Assembly: GCA_951406725.2 (NCBI GenBank)
Contig: OX597840.1
Location: forward strand, 22,692,001-22,756,000
Reading direction: 5' to 3'
Source of the DNA: Octopus vulgaris
Taxonomy: Eukaryota
DNA length: 64,000 nucleotides
Shown: piece after piece, positions 17,274 through 31,617 of the stretch
Position numbering within the stretch: the stretch's first letter is position 1
Layout of the letters: each line of letters begins with the position of its first letter
Made by a program: the position numbers and the translations under genes
The notes under the pieces: generated by a model
The model's input: only the letters and a program-made list of their open reading frames with translations
What the model was told of the DNA's origin: nothing
Databases searched by the model: none

Positions 17274-18482
17274 ATATATTTCTACTAATATATCTCCATC
17301 AAAAGTGATCTTTGTTAATATCTGAAGATGCTGCAAACTGCCTTCTTAATTGCTTTAACTCATTAACATTCAGATTACTCTGTCAAATTTAATGCTTATT
17401 TATTCAAATTCTTCTGAATTAATCATTCATTATCTTATTGCTTTAAGATTTCAACGATGTGATTCTTTATGTTTATATGACATTGCAGGGTGAGTGTAAG
17501 AGGCCAGATGTAGGCAATTTCAACATAGAATATGCAGAATATTTGGGAATGGTATGCCCAGTTCAAATGTTAAAGGATTAATTCAAATACAAATATAATT
17601 TTCTGTGTATTCCAGACAATAAAGAAGAAGAAATTTTGCTACATAAATGTCAGAGTTCAGAAGATATATTTTGCAGTAATTCAGTATATATTTATAGAAA
17701 CAGGGTTATACGTGTTATGAGTAAGACGTTCGATACTAATGATGTAGTTTATATAAAAATCCTGTGAAGCTGAGGTCATCTGATAATCTGAAACGAAAGA
17801 GAAACAACAGTGTAAAACATAAAAGATAATTAGGAATTAGAGATTAAAATAGTGAAAGTTTTACTACATTTTTATATAGACATGTCCATAGAGGTGCAGG
17901 GATGGTTGTGTGGTAAAAAGTTGGCTCCCCAACACACAAATCTAATAAGCACACCCATTTTCTTCCTTCATTTCACTCCTTTCTTGAATTCCCAAGATTC
18001 CCTGTCACCATCCAATTCCATGAACGTGAATTTGAATGCTTGAGACATTGTGAATCTTTCTTTAGCTGATTACACAACCATGGATACGTTGCAGTTACTC
18101 TCTTCATAGAGCCTGGTGATCCTGACCCCTGAACTACAAGGTTCCCTCTGCCCAGCATCAATATAAGAAGCATTGTTGGTTCAGCTGAGTTCTTCTGCTG
18201 CTTCTTCACAAACTGCAATGCTGCAGTCCCAAAGTTCGTCACAGAGTACCACAGGCGAAAAAATGGTTAGAAATCACAACCGTTCATTTATATTTTATTT
18301 GGAAAATATAAAGTGGACCTCGGTGGAATTTGAACTCAGAAACTAATAATAATAATGGTAAATTAATTATGTGCAATACTTAATTAACAAATGCTCCACC
18401 ACCCATACAATGTGACGTATGTCAGTTATGTGTGGGTAGGAACCCAGCAAATGTATTTCATCATATTAAATTCCAATATAAT

Positions 18483-18724
18483 CGTAATATACACAGTCTG
18501 GGTACTACTAGCGAACAGTGGGCCCGGTGCGCGAACTCGCGCAAGCTAGTCGATCCTACAATAATTTAAACTAAGTAAATATATTATTTTTATAAACAAA
18601 ATAAGGTTAGGGTTAGGTTTAGGGTTAAAAAGTCGTTGTAGGCTCGACTACTTACGACTAGCTAGCGCGAGTGCGCGCACCGGGACCACTGTTCGCTAGT
18701 AGTACCCAGACTGTGTATATTACG
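18483..18724. mobile_element. MITE-like fold-back element, 242 bp, with long TIRs and internal TTAGGG-like repeats; copy at 36899-37140
   Basis: Perfect 39-bp inverted repeat CGTAATATACACAGTCTGGGTACTACTAGCGAACAGTGG, extending imperfectly to ~70 bp; GGTTAGGGTTAGGTTTAGGGTT near 18605. Confidence 0.85.
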
Positions 18725-18849
18725 TTTATATTTCATGAAAGTAACTTAATTTCCATCAGGTTTCGAATATTATTTACGATGGGTAAAATCTAAACAAATT
18801 TTGAATTTCCAAAGATTTGCGACAATAAAAGGTTTTGTACAAAGAGAAA

Positions 18850-19860
18850 ACGAACTTAAATCTAAAAAATAAGACGAAATTATTACTTTACTTACGATTA
18901 AATCTCGATCGTTATCTTCGAAGGAGTCCTTTTCCCTGCAGTTTTGATACAAAAGCAGAAATGCATCCAGAAAAGTCGCTAATTTCAGAAAAGGGATCAA
19001 AGAACTTCTCAGATACCAGAAGCGATCCTTAGAAAAAAATACCGTTAAAAATGGGGTATGTGTAAAACATGAATTAGTTTGTTTTGAATACCGAAACGAA
19101 ATTATGGTAATGTACCAAACTTAATGGCAATTATTTAGGCCAGACATTATTTTTTTTTTTTGAGCTTAAATTCGGCCGATGTTAATTTTACCTTTCATAG
19201 CTTCGGAATAAATAAAATAAAGATCCAGTGAGAGACAAAAGTCGATGGTAGTTACTAATCTATCCCCCACTGATATTTAGAAAATACTGATATTTAGAAA
19301 ATGTGAAAGAGATAGAAATTCATAAATAATTTTTTGCTTGAGTGTAATGGAAAAAAAGTTATATTTCCTCTTCTTTTACAACCTTTTTCTAATAATTAAA
19401 TGAAAAATTAACCTTAGATAACTAAATAACCTTAAGTGTGAATAAAGAGCTCTTTAAATGTCGAGTTATTTCCCCCTAGCAATTCCCGCACTTTTTCTCC
19501 CGCAATATTTTTCCATTCCCTGCTGTTGATTGACCCTCGTGTTTATTACCGGTCACATCCGTTCAACAGATAATTAGCTGAGATTTAATTCGATAGACGT
19601 GATTGCTAATTAAACATGTAGAAAAATTATCAACTGAATTCTTTATTACGCTAATCTTAAAAACATAACGTCTATAATAAAACCTAGAATTTCTTACGAA
19701 GCTGTCGTTGTCTACCTTGGCTTAAGTTCTCACTACCTGAACATACTGCGACCTCGTCCTTACCGGATCTAAATATTACCTGCTTATTGTTAGAATGGAT
19801 TGATTGTGACACCTTCCTCCTCTACATTGGGTCTATAAATAATACGTAAGTGTTATATAT
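18850..19860. promoter_or_regulatory. Candidate bidirectional promoter and first non-coding exons for the A/B pair
   Basis: No recognisable repeat, relatively CpG-rich, centred between divergent genes; outward-facing donor-like GTAAGT at 19846 (+) and 18895 (-); two T(T/C)TCCCGC-like E2F-type motifs near 19482-19503. Inference only. Confidence 0.4.
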
Positions 19861-20216
19861 ATATATATATATCCTGCCATTGTCTGTCGTAGCTGAAGTT
19901 CTCATTTGGACATCCGTTTCTATAATAGATTTGTTATTAATGTATCAGTATTGTTCACATCAACGATTCTTTTTATGTGTTCAGTAAGTTATCAGAAAGA
20001 AACTGAAGGAAATAGAGAAATGTAACGAAAATAATTATTGTTATAATCTATATACAGAAGGGTCTCACATAATGTAAAGTAAATGTGAATTGTCAATATT
20101 GGGTTAACTAAGAGGTTAATCTAAGCAACATCAGAATTCCAGTCGAAGCAAAATTCTGGTTTAACCCCTCATAACTTCTTTACCTTTTAAATTTTCAGAA
20201 AATGTTTGTAAATTTG

Positions 20217-20616
20217 GGATCTTTTCGGTTTGAACGGCAGTTTTTTAAAATAATTTCCAGGTAACTAAACACTTTTAAACTTCGTATACTGGTAGAATGT
20301 GTTTATAAAACATCTTTTTCTCTTGGCTTTATTGAGAAAATTCTATAGTTTGTAAGATATTTGTTGTTTTTTTCTGCATTTTCAGCCTATCAATGACGTC
20401 TATTGAGGTGAAAACATTCTGTCCCGTATGAATTTATCCTTCGTTTAAGAAACAGATTGGGTTTATTTACATTTGTGAAGAAAAAAGATACCCTTCCCGC
20501 CACCCCTAACCCTAAATTAGATTGAAATGCAATAGATCGATACTAGGGTCATAATTATGGGTGACAATTTCATATGACACCACTAGAAAAAACTGTCGTT
20601 CAAACTGAAAAGATCC
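20217..20616. mobile_element. MITE-like element, 400 bp, with 30-bp TIRs; copies at 38629-39028 and, inverted, 51614-52021
   Basis: GGATCTTTTCGGTTTGAACGGCAGTTTTTT versus AAAAAACTGTCGTTCAAACTGAAAAGATCC (2 mismatches); internal CCCTAACCCTAA; no clear TSD. Confidence 0.82.
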
Positions 20617-20837
20617 GAGATGGAGCCTGAACAGCCCTTCAGTTGGTTACCTCCTTTCAAACCAACCAACCCATGCCAGTGTGTAAAATGGACTTTAAAT
20701 GATGACGGAGTGATAATTTTAAATTTGCATAGACATCTTGTAGTATGCCGTTTAAAGCCTGCTCACTGTATTTGGCTATCTGATGTCATCGACAGTATGG
20801 ATTTGTATGACACTGGATTTACTTGAGGATTTCCTTC

Positions 20838-21180
20838 ATCATCATCATCGTTTAACGTCCGTTCTCCATGCTAGCATGGGTTAGACGGTTTGACCGGGGA
20901 TCTGGGAAGCCAGAAGGCTGCGCCAGGCTCCAGTCTGATCTGGCAGTGTTTCTACAGCTGGATGCCCTTCCTAACGCCAACCACTCCGTGAGTGTAGTGG
21001 GTACTTTTTATGTGCCACCTGCACAGGTGCCAGACGAGGCTGGCAACGGCCACAATCGGATTGGTGCTTTTTAAATGCCACAGGCACGGAAACTAGTCTA
21101 GGCGGCGCTGGCATCGGCCACGTTCAGACGGTGCATTGACGTGCCACCGGCGCAGGGATCACGACTGCAGTTTCCATTGA
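20838..21180 (-). mobile_element. Meta/MESC-like SINE with (GAT)n tail; copies near 39250 and, inverted, 51060-51394
   Basis: CATCATCATCATCGTTTAACGTCCG...GCTGGATGCCCTTCCTAACGCCAACC; same family as the insert in ZNF-A. Confidence 0.8.
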
Positions 21181-21723
21181 ATTTGTTGTTGGTGTACTTG
21201 ACTCAATGGATCTCTTCAAGCACAGGGTCGAAATGGTGTTTCTTCACTTGCTACCTGCACAGGAGTCAGTCCTGTCAGTAGAGTTTAAAAAATGAGAGAA
21301 AGAGAAAGAAAATAGAATTTCCAAGACTAGTATTCACTACAATTGTTTCAACCCATTGTGCATCTGTGCCTCGCAGGTGAGATGCTGTACGAACAGTTGT
21401 GGTGCTTCCCTCGTTGCAGGTGTGTTTTGTCAGGTAACTTGTCAAAAGTGCTTCATATTTTAATTTCTGTTTTGCTTAATTCAGTTAGAATATATTTTGG
21501 TAGTTGGATTATTTGAAGCTTCTTTTAGTTTCCATCTACCAAATCCTTGCCCATGGCTTTGATTGGCCACTCTGGGACTGAACCCAGGACCATGTGGTTG
21601 GGAAGCCAACTTCTTACCACACAACCATCCCTGCACTTCTACAGCCATGTCTATATAAAAATGTAGTAAAACTTTCACTGTTTTAATCTCTCTAATTCCT
21701 AATTATCTTGTATGTTTTACACT

Positions 21724-21744
21724 GTTGTTTCTCTTTCGTTTCAG
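21724..21744 (+). promoter_or_regulatory. Probable 3' splice site of the terminal ZNF exon (mirrored on - at ~17788-17808 and present in all seven copies)
   Basis: Polypyrimidine tract TTTCTCTTTCGTTTCAG followed by ATTATCAG, conserved upstream of every ZNF copy. Confidence 0.55.
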
Positions 21745-22317
21745 ATTATCAGATGACCTCAGCTTCACAGGATTTTTATATAAACTACATCATTAGTATT
21801 GAACGTCTTACTCATAACACGTATAACCCTGTTTCTACAAATATATACTGAATTACTGCAAAATATATCTTCTGAACTCTGACATTTATGTAGCAAAATT
21901 TCTCTTCTTTATTGTCTGGAATACACAGAAAATTATATTTGTGTTTGAATTAATCCTTCACCATTTCATCTGTGCATATCAGTCCCAAATATTCTGCATA
22001 TTCTATGTTAAAATTGCCCACATCTGGCCTCTTACACTCACCATGCAATGTCTTATAAACATATAGAATCGCATCGTTAAAATCTTAAAGCAGTAAGATA
22101 ATGAATGATTAATTCAGAAAATTTGGAGAGATAGGCATTACATTTGACAGTAATCTGAATGTTAATGAGTTAAAGCAATTAAGAAGGCAGTTTGCAGCAT
22201 CTTCAGATATTAACAAAGATCACTATTGATGGAGATATATCAGTAGAAATATTTGTTAAGAGCAATATACGAGAAGAAGGAAAACATTTGTGTACTGTGA
22301 CGAGAGAAAGGAAAATT

Positions 22318-23516
<1,199 letters not shown>

Positions 23517-26299
23517 TACCTGTGGTAAATCATTTCCCAAATACAGCACTTTGTCTAGTCTCAAATGTCTTCATACATGAGAGAAGCCATATCATTGAAA
23601 CATGTGGCAAATCATTTGCTTATAGAAGCAGCGTAACTACTTCCTTAAACCTTCATGAGAGACAAACCATACCAGTCATCTGTCATCATTGTTCTCCATG
23701 TCCACATTTGCCAATCTCTCATTGGTGAGATGATATTTATTGAGGTGAATTTTCACTGTCCAGATGCCCTTCCTGTTGCCAACCTTCACCTGTTTCAAAC
23801 TAAAATATTTCCCCATGACCTGACATGTTTTTGTGGCAGATTGGCGATGGACATTGCTTGCATGGCAGTGACACCCACAACTATCACACAGTCTCCAGGC
23901 AAGGATATAGTAACACACACACACACACACACACACATTCATAAGCCCCTCACACTTCTTTGAAACATCTCCCTCTATCCTCCGTACCACTAATATCCCC
24001 CCACCACCACTACCTTTTATGTATGTCCTCATACATCTCCAACATCATCTACTTCTCTCTATATATCTATCATTCTCTCCTTTCTTTTCCTACTGGAATC
24101 GTCAGGTTTCTCCTCTATAGTAAGACACTCGTCTCTCTCCTGCTGTTATACATCAACCTCCCAACTGACAAAAAGCCATCCCCCTCGCTTCCACTCCCTC
24201 TGACAACCGAGTGGATCTTTATCTTGCGAGTTACTTGGTGATCCACAATGGTGCTGGTGCCACATAAAAAACATCCCATGCGCTCAGTAAAGGGGTCGGC
24301 ATTAGGAATGGCCTCCAGCCATGGGAACCTTGCCAAAGCAGACAATGGATCACCAGGACTCATTCTTTCTACACCTAGTACTTATTCTATCTGTCCCTTT
24401 TGCCAAACTGCTTAACTCACCAGCATCGGTTGTCAAGCGATATTGGGGGACAAACACAAACATATGCGCAGGAGTGGCTGTGTGGTAAGTAGCTTGCTAA
24501 CCAACCACATGGTTCCAGGTTCAGTCCCACTGCGTGGCATCTTGGGCAATTGTCTTCTGCTATAGCCTCGGGCCCACCAGTGCCTTGTGAGTGGATTTGG
24601 TAGACGGAAACTGAAAGAAGCCTGTCGTATATATGTATATATATATATGTGTGTTTGTTTCTGTGTCAGTGTTTGTCCCCCTAGCATTGCTTGACAACCG
24701 ATGTTGGTGTGTTTACGTCCCCGTCACTTAGCGGTTCGGCAAATAAGTGCCGGGGTCGATTTGCTCGACTAAAGGCGGTGCTCCAGCATTGCCGCAGACA
24801 AATTGCTGAAACAAGTAAAAGAGAAAAGAGAGAGAGATATACATACACATACCAATCTACACATAACAGGCTTCATTTAGTTTCCACCCACCAAATCCAC
24901 TCACAGGGCTTTGGTCGGCTCGAGGTTATTATAGAAGACACTTACCCAAGGTGTCCATGCTTGGCATGGGTTGTACATTTTGACCAGGGCTGGAAGGCTG
25001 CATCTGATTCCTGTCTCATTTCGCATGGTTTCTATGGCTGGATGCTCTTCCTTTCACCAACCACTCTGAGAGTGTAATGGGTGCTCAACAATAGAATGAA
25101 GAGTTAATGAATGCAGATGTCCGAAATGTGGAACATTCTTGAAAGTACTGGAAGGTTCGGAATTCCATTTTAAACAAGGACAGAGATTCATAATTGAGAC
25201 TGATTTCACTTGTGCATCAAAAATTTAATTTGTGCAATTACTAGTTCAGGATGTGAACACACAAAAAAGAAGAAGCATAGATGTCCCTCAGACAGAGAAC
25301 ACATTTCATGAGGAATAGATTCATTTCCCAAGTTACAGACATTGTTTATGAGTTTTATTTTTCAAGCACAACATCCAAATTTTGAAAGCTTCTACTACCA
25401 TAATAAATGCATCTGTGTCTTACCAAGAAGTTTATAAAGAGCAAAGGAATGCTTCTCAGTAAACAACTCTAGACTTGTTTCTTTGCTTGTGAATCAGTGG
25501 TCACGTCTACAAATGATGGTGTCCCTGAGTCTTTTCAAAGTGATTCAGAAAACAATTATAATAATATTTTGTTTATTCTAAATGATCTTGACATTGTTTT
25601 TACTTTACATAAAATATTCTTTACATTCTACTGTTGTTTTATTGTCATTTATTTACAAGTATTATGAATTTTAGAGGCAAAATATTTTTCTGGGAATGAA
25701 TTACAGTTTATAACATTGCTTCTCTGGGAAATTATTGCTTTGCTTTATGAGTTTTCACTTTAGGAGCAATCTCCAGGAAGAAATTAACTCATATATCAAG
25801 GCATTATTGTATCTGACGTTATTTTGGCTCAAGTCCAGCAATTTCAGGGGAAGGAATAAGTTGAATAACCACATGAATCAGCATGTGTGCTTTTTACATG
25901 AACTAGGACAGTGGCCTTTTACAGGGACCAGCTGAGATCCCCTTCGGTCATGATTGACTATGGGATTGCACCTAGAAAGTTACCCTCCCAGGCACAAGTC
26001 CGGGCAAGGTTGTTTATGGAAGACCAGCAGTCGCCCATGCATACCGGCCTCTCCTCTCCACGCCACCAGTGTTATCCAAGGGAAAGGCAAAGGGGCCGGT
26101 ACAGCTTGGCACCAGTGATGTCACAACTCATTTCTACAGCTGAGTGAACTGGAGCAACATGAAATAAAGTGTCTTGCTCAAGAACACAACACACAGCACA
26201 GTCCGGGATTTGAACTCACAACCTCACATTCATAAGCTCGATGCTCTAACCACTGACACATGGGCCTTCACTGGGACCAGCACCATATATATATATATA

Positions 26300-26590
26300 T
26301 GTGGTGCTGGTCAACGGAGAAGTTCTAAAAAGAAAATGTTGCTAGAAGCTAGGATCACCAATCATTGATTGGCACTTTTCAGTCATACTATGCGGAGAAA
26401 ATCCCTGGAGAAGGACATCATGCTCGGAATGGTCAGTGGCAAGAGAGGAAGAGGCCGACCAAGAACCCACTGGCTTGACACTATCAAGAGTGATACTGGA
26501 ATGGACATAGCCAATCTGAAAGAAGTGGCCCAGGATAGAACTGACTGGAGGACACTGATCCAACGAGTGACCGAGGGTCGACTGAGCGGA
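26300..26590 (+). mobile_element. RTE-clade LINE 3' fragment; copy at ~44687-44977
   Basis: FSHTMRRKSLEKDIMLGMVSGKRGRGRPRTHWLDTIKSDTG...AQDRTDWR, the characteristic RTE ORF C-terminus. Confidence 0.85.
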
Positions 26591-26994
26591 TATATATATA
26601 TATGTATATGTATGTGTGTGAAGCTATGTGCCTTCACATATATATGTGAAGGTACATGGCTCAGTGGTTAGAGCATTGGGCTCACAATTGTGAGGTAGTG
26701 AGTTCAATTCCCATGCCAGGCTGTGTATTGTGTTTTTGAGCAAAATGTTATGTTTCACTTTCATTTTCAAAGAGTACTCATTTGTTTTTTGTTTTTTTAT
26801 TTTATATATTATATTAATTATTTTTATTCCTATGTTTTGGTTTATGTTTTTCACTGTTTGATTTGCCTAATTGTGGTTTTATCTCTAATTTAATCTATAT
26901 TTATACCGTAAAATTAGATTTAATCCTAATTCTAATTTTTCCCTGTAAGTTTGGATTTATATTTATAATAAATATATATACACACACATACATA

Positions 26995-27026
<32 letters not shown>

Positions 27027-28021
27027 CATATATATAAGAATTGTTTGTGTAAGGCTGTGTAGATATTAGAACATTTATAGACTTTCTATCTATAAGTGTT
27101 CTAATATCTACACAGCCTTGGTTCTTTATCTCATTACGCAAAATATTGTTATATACACACGCTGGCATGTGACCAATGTTGAAACCCCTTCGAAAAATTA
27201 CCGAAACTAGAACTTCACTATGGTATCTATAGCAGTTCTTCAACATTACCTGACACCATTACCTATTATAACCTATATATATATATGTACACCATAAAAA
27301 CACACGTAATTTGCACAGGTAATTTTCTGGATAAAAACTGTTAAAAAGAAGCTTCTACTCATGTAAAATTCACACCCAATTTTTAGCCAGAGGGAAAAGG
27401 TTTCCAATTTAGTTGTATTTAGCATAATTTCACTTATGATTAGATTTTATTAAATTTTCCCTAATTAAAAATAATTTGTTTAACAGGTATCACATTGAAA
27501 GTTATTAAATTATGAAGTGTTTGTGTTGTTTATAATAAACTTTATTTTACACTATCACTATGACCCAGCAACACCGGGTCATAGTGCTAGTGCATGCATA
27601 TACAGCTGCGTGTGTGCACACGTACACGCGAGTACTGTCCAAATCTCCGACCATTCACATACAGCTAGCTGTGGAGGCACATGGCCTAGTGGTTAGAACA
27701 GCGGCCGAGGGATTGTGGGTTTGAATCTCAGACCGGGCGATGTGTGTTTATGAGCGAAACACCTAAACTCCACACAGCTCCGGCAGAAGGTAATGGTGAA
27801 ACTTCTGCTGACTCTTTCCTCCTGCATCTTCAAGTTCACCTGCGATGGACTGGCGTCCCGTCCTGGTGGGGAACCTATACGCCAAGAAACCGGCCCTTAT
27901 GAGCCAGGCATGGCTCAAGAAGGAACAACCATACAGCTAGCTGGCATTCAATTGGTGTATCAAGTTTTGGGCAATTTGATTGAGTTTTGGATAGAAAATT
28001 CACAAATAAGTCATTTCTATT

Positions 28022-31000
28022 GATTTTTTAATGGATTTGCGGGGTGGCTGGGGAAATGTAAAGATGTGCACGACCACCCTTGGACGGTTTTGAATGACCA
28101 TAGAAAGTGCGAGCCCTCTAATTGAAAAATTGTGGACGTGTATAAAGGACACACACACAGACATTTTGCCATTTATATATATACTAGCAGAATTGTCCGG
28201 CGTTGTTCGGGGCTGAATTGCTTGAAAGTACTGTTAATGATTGCACTGAATTATGATGATTATTCAGGCAAATATTGATATAAGTTTACGGTGGGAGATA
28301 AGGACTTAACGATCAAACGTGTGCCATTGCATTGTTTTGGGGGAACCAAATTTCTGATGAGCATTATAGGGGCACCAACTTTAAGTTTGAGAAAGTGTGG
28401 TGGTAGTCCGGGGTGCTCAAAGGAATTGAGTACCTCTATTGGATAGTTGATGACGTCCTCTGGGTCAGGAGTTGTATCGATAGACTGATATACATAGACT
28501 TCCCCAGGAATGAGTTTTAGCATTTCATCATTAATATGGTGAACAGTTTTATTCCTCGGGGCCAGTATAGCCTTTTTGCCAATCCAATCCATATTCTGAT
28601 AATTAGCTTGTAGATCTGGGAACACTGCATCTCTGAGATCAGAAGGCGTCTTAACAATGGTACAAATGGAATCGATGGCAATATTACCATTTTCATCCCC
28701 TGGTATTTTGCCTTCGCCAAGTGCAAGGAGGGTGTGAGGAAATGCTGCTGATGTGATATTACGTCGCATATGAGCACGCATATTGGTGTGAAGTTTGAGA
28801 GTTACTTCCCTTTATTTAAAAAAATATGCATTAAAATGGAAAAAAATGATGGTAAATTATTTGTAAAATCATAGACTCATCGTAGACGCGCGCTAATACC
28901 CAGAAGGGCTCGATATGAATCACGACTATAAGATACCCGGTTTTGGTTAAACTGCATCGCAAAATGTGGGAGTAGTTAGGAATCTAAATCGGAGTAGACA
29001 GACACACAACCTTTCTTTTATATATAAACTAGCAGTATCGCCCGGCGTTGCTCGGGTTGTAAGGGAAATAACTATATAAGCATTTTTAGAGAGTTATAGC
29101 CAAAAAATAGCAAAAAAATGCATTAAAAATTGAAAAAAAAATTAAGGTAAATTTTTTTTTTAAGTCGTTGACACATCGTAGATATTTTTAGAGAGTTACT
29201 TCCATTATATAAAAGCGAAAAAATGCATTAAAATGGAAAAATATGATGGTAAATTTTTTTTAAATCGTAGACTCATCATAGACGCGCTAATACCCAGAAG
29301 GGCTCGATATGAATCACGACTATAAGATACCCGCTTTTGGTTAAACTGCACCGCAAAATGTGGGAGTAGTTACGAATCTAAATCGAACGAGACAGACACA
29401 CAACAGATGCTTTTTTTTTTCAGTCATAGAGTTAGATTTATGAAGGTCTTCAGTAGAAAATCCTTCGAATTCTTACTCGCTGCTTGATATAATGAAATTC
29501 GTATCCATTTTTTGTCAGAATTACAAATTTTGAAAAGACAATAGGAACAAATTTTGGAAAAAAATCTCCCATAATTCACGGAATTAAAATTACACTTCGA
29601 TTTTTGTACAAAACTGTATTTGAAGTGTTTACGAAGTATAATACGTGTTTTCACGAATGTACTAAAGAGATTTACTCTGATATTCTCATTTAAATATGAA
29701 TAGGTAAATTCGGGCGGTTTGGTAACGAAAGGGTTTATATAAGTGTCGTCTGTTTATACATAAACACTGTTTCATACTGTCGCTAATTTACTCTCTTCCA
29801 AGAACATTTTCACTCACTCTTATCTGTTAGCTTCCCATACATTTTACTCATGTATCTATCAGCATGATAGAGAGAAACAAATATTACATCGTTTCACTTT
29901 ATTCGTTGCACACTGTGTGTGTGCGTTTGCGTGTGCTGTAAACCAGACTAAGAAAAGCATTTGACACACACACCAGAATGTGAGTTTTCTGTAAATTTTG
30001 CTTAATTGGAGTTTAAATTTTAAAAACTGGACCTGGCATGACGCGATGCGTTGTACTCTTAAAAATGCTAGGTAAATTGTAATTGGAGAAATCCTATATT
30101 GTAGATTTGTATAACTCCCAAAGGGAGGCAGATAAAATCTGCCTTTTATAATAAGAGATATTTTCATCCTAAAATCTATGTATGGATTGAATGGTTACCT
30201 CTATGGAAATATATACACGCACATTATACATACATGTGTGTATAGATGAATATATAAATACATTTAAATATCTATATACACTTTTGGGCGATCTTTCTGT
30301 TTCTTAGAGATAACTTTAGATCTTATTTTCGTCCTCAAATACTTTGTATGGAGTGAATGGTTACCTCTATGGAAATATATACACACACGTTATACATACA
30401 TGTGTGCGTAGATGAATATATAAATACATTTATATATCTATATACACTTTTGGGCGATCTTTGTGCTACTTAGAGATAACTTTAGATCTTATTTTCGTCC
30501 TAAAAAACTTTGTATGGAGTGAAAGGTTACCTCTATAGAAATATATACACACACATTATACATACATCTGTGTATAGATGAATATATAAATACATTTAAA
30601 TATCTATATACACTTTTGGGCGATCTTTCTGCTACTTGGATATAGGTCTTATATTCGTCCTAAAAAACTTTCCTGTCACACACTCACGCACACACACACA
30701 CAAGTTAGCTTACAATTTTATTTATATATTTGCATGTCTATGTGTGTAAAGAGGAAGTGGCAGAGTGAAAGAGTCACTCACTACAAAAAGTGAATTACTT
30801 TCACTTCATTCGTTGCACACTGTGTGTGTGCGTGTGGTGTAGGCCACACTAAGAAAAGCATTTGACTTATACACCACAATGTGAGTTTTCTCTAAATTTT
30901 GCTTAATTGGGGTTGAAATTTTAAAAACTGGACCTGGCACGACCCGATGCATTCTACTCTTAAAAATGCTAGGTAAATTGTAATTGAAGAAATCCTATAT

Positions 31001-31224
31001 TGTAGATTTCTATAAGATACAAAGGGAGGCAGATAAAATCTGCCTTTTATAATAAGAGATTTAATGGCTTTGCGTGATGACTGGGGAAATGTAAAGATGT
31101 GCACAACCACCCTTCGACGGTTTTGAATGACCATAGAAAGTGCAAGCCCTCTAACTGAAAAATTGTGGATTTGTATAAAGAACACACACACAGACAGATA
31201 TCTTGCCGTTTATATATATAGAGA
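28022..31224 (-). mobile_element. Second copy of the Helitron composite
   Basis: Near-identical to 9605-12810. Confidence 0.8.
28260..28781 (-). pseudogene. Helitron PIF1-like helicase fragment (173 aa in frame)
   Basis: [36 protein letters not shown]; lacks Walker A/B and the Rep domain. Confidence 0.9.
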
Positions 31225-31583
31225 TTCTTTATTAACAAATTCAAGTATACTATAAAATTTCCAGTAATGAATTTGTCTCAGAGTGAATATTTTTACAGAT
31301 GATGACAAATTTGAGGTTCACCTTGACAATATTGAAGTTGATGAAGGGAAAAAACATTGTGTTTTAGCAGACAAAATAGTTTTAATTGTTGTCATATAAA
31401 AAATCTTCACATAGGTGCAGGAGTGGCTGTGTGGTAAGTAGCTTGCTTACTAACCACATGGTTCCGGGTTCAGTCCCACTGTGTGGCACCTTGGGGAAGT
31501 GTCTTCTACTATAGCCTTGGGCCGACCAAAGCCTTGTGAGTGGATTTAGATGGAAACTGAAAGAAGCCCGTTGTATATATGTG

Positions 31584-31617
<34 letters not shown>

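Noticed and set aside
18605-18626. Interstitial telomere or chromosome-fusion scar
   Set aside because: Only 3-4 imperfect units, located inside a TIR element
22192-22317. N-terminal extension MQHLQILTK of the ZNF-B ORFs
   Set aside because: Begins at TTG, an alternative start used by the ORF caller; the first ATG is at 22318. A spliced upstream start is not excluded
28260-28781. Cellular PIF1 gene
   Set aside because: Partial domain without Walker motifs, bounded by Helitron-type termini
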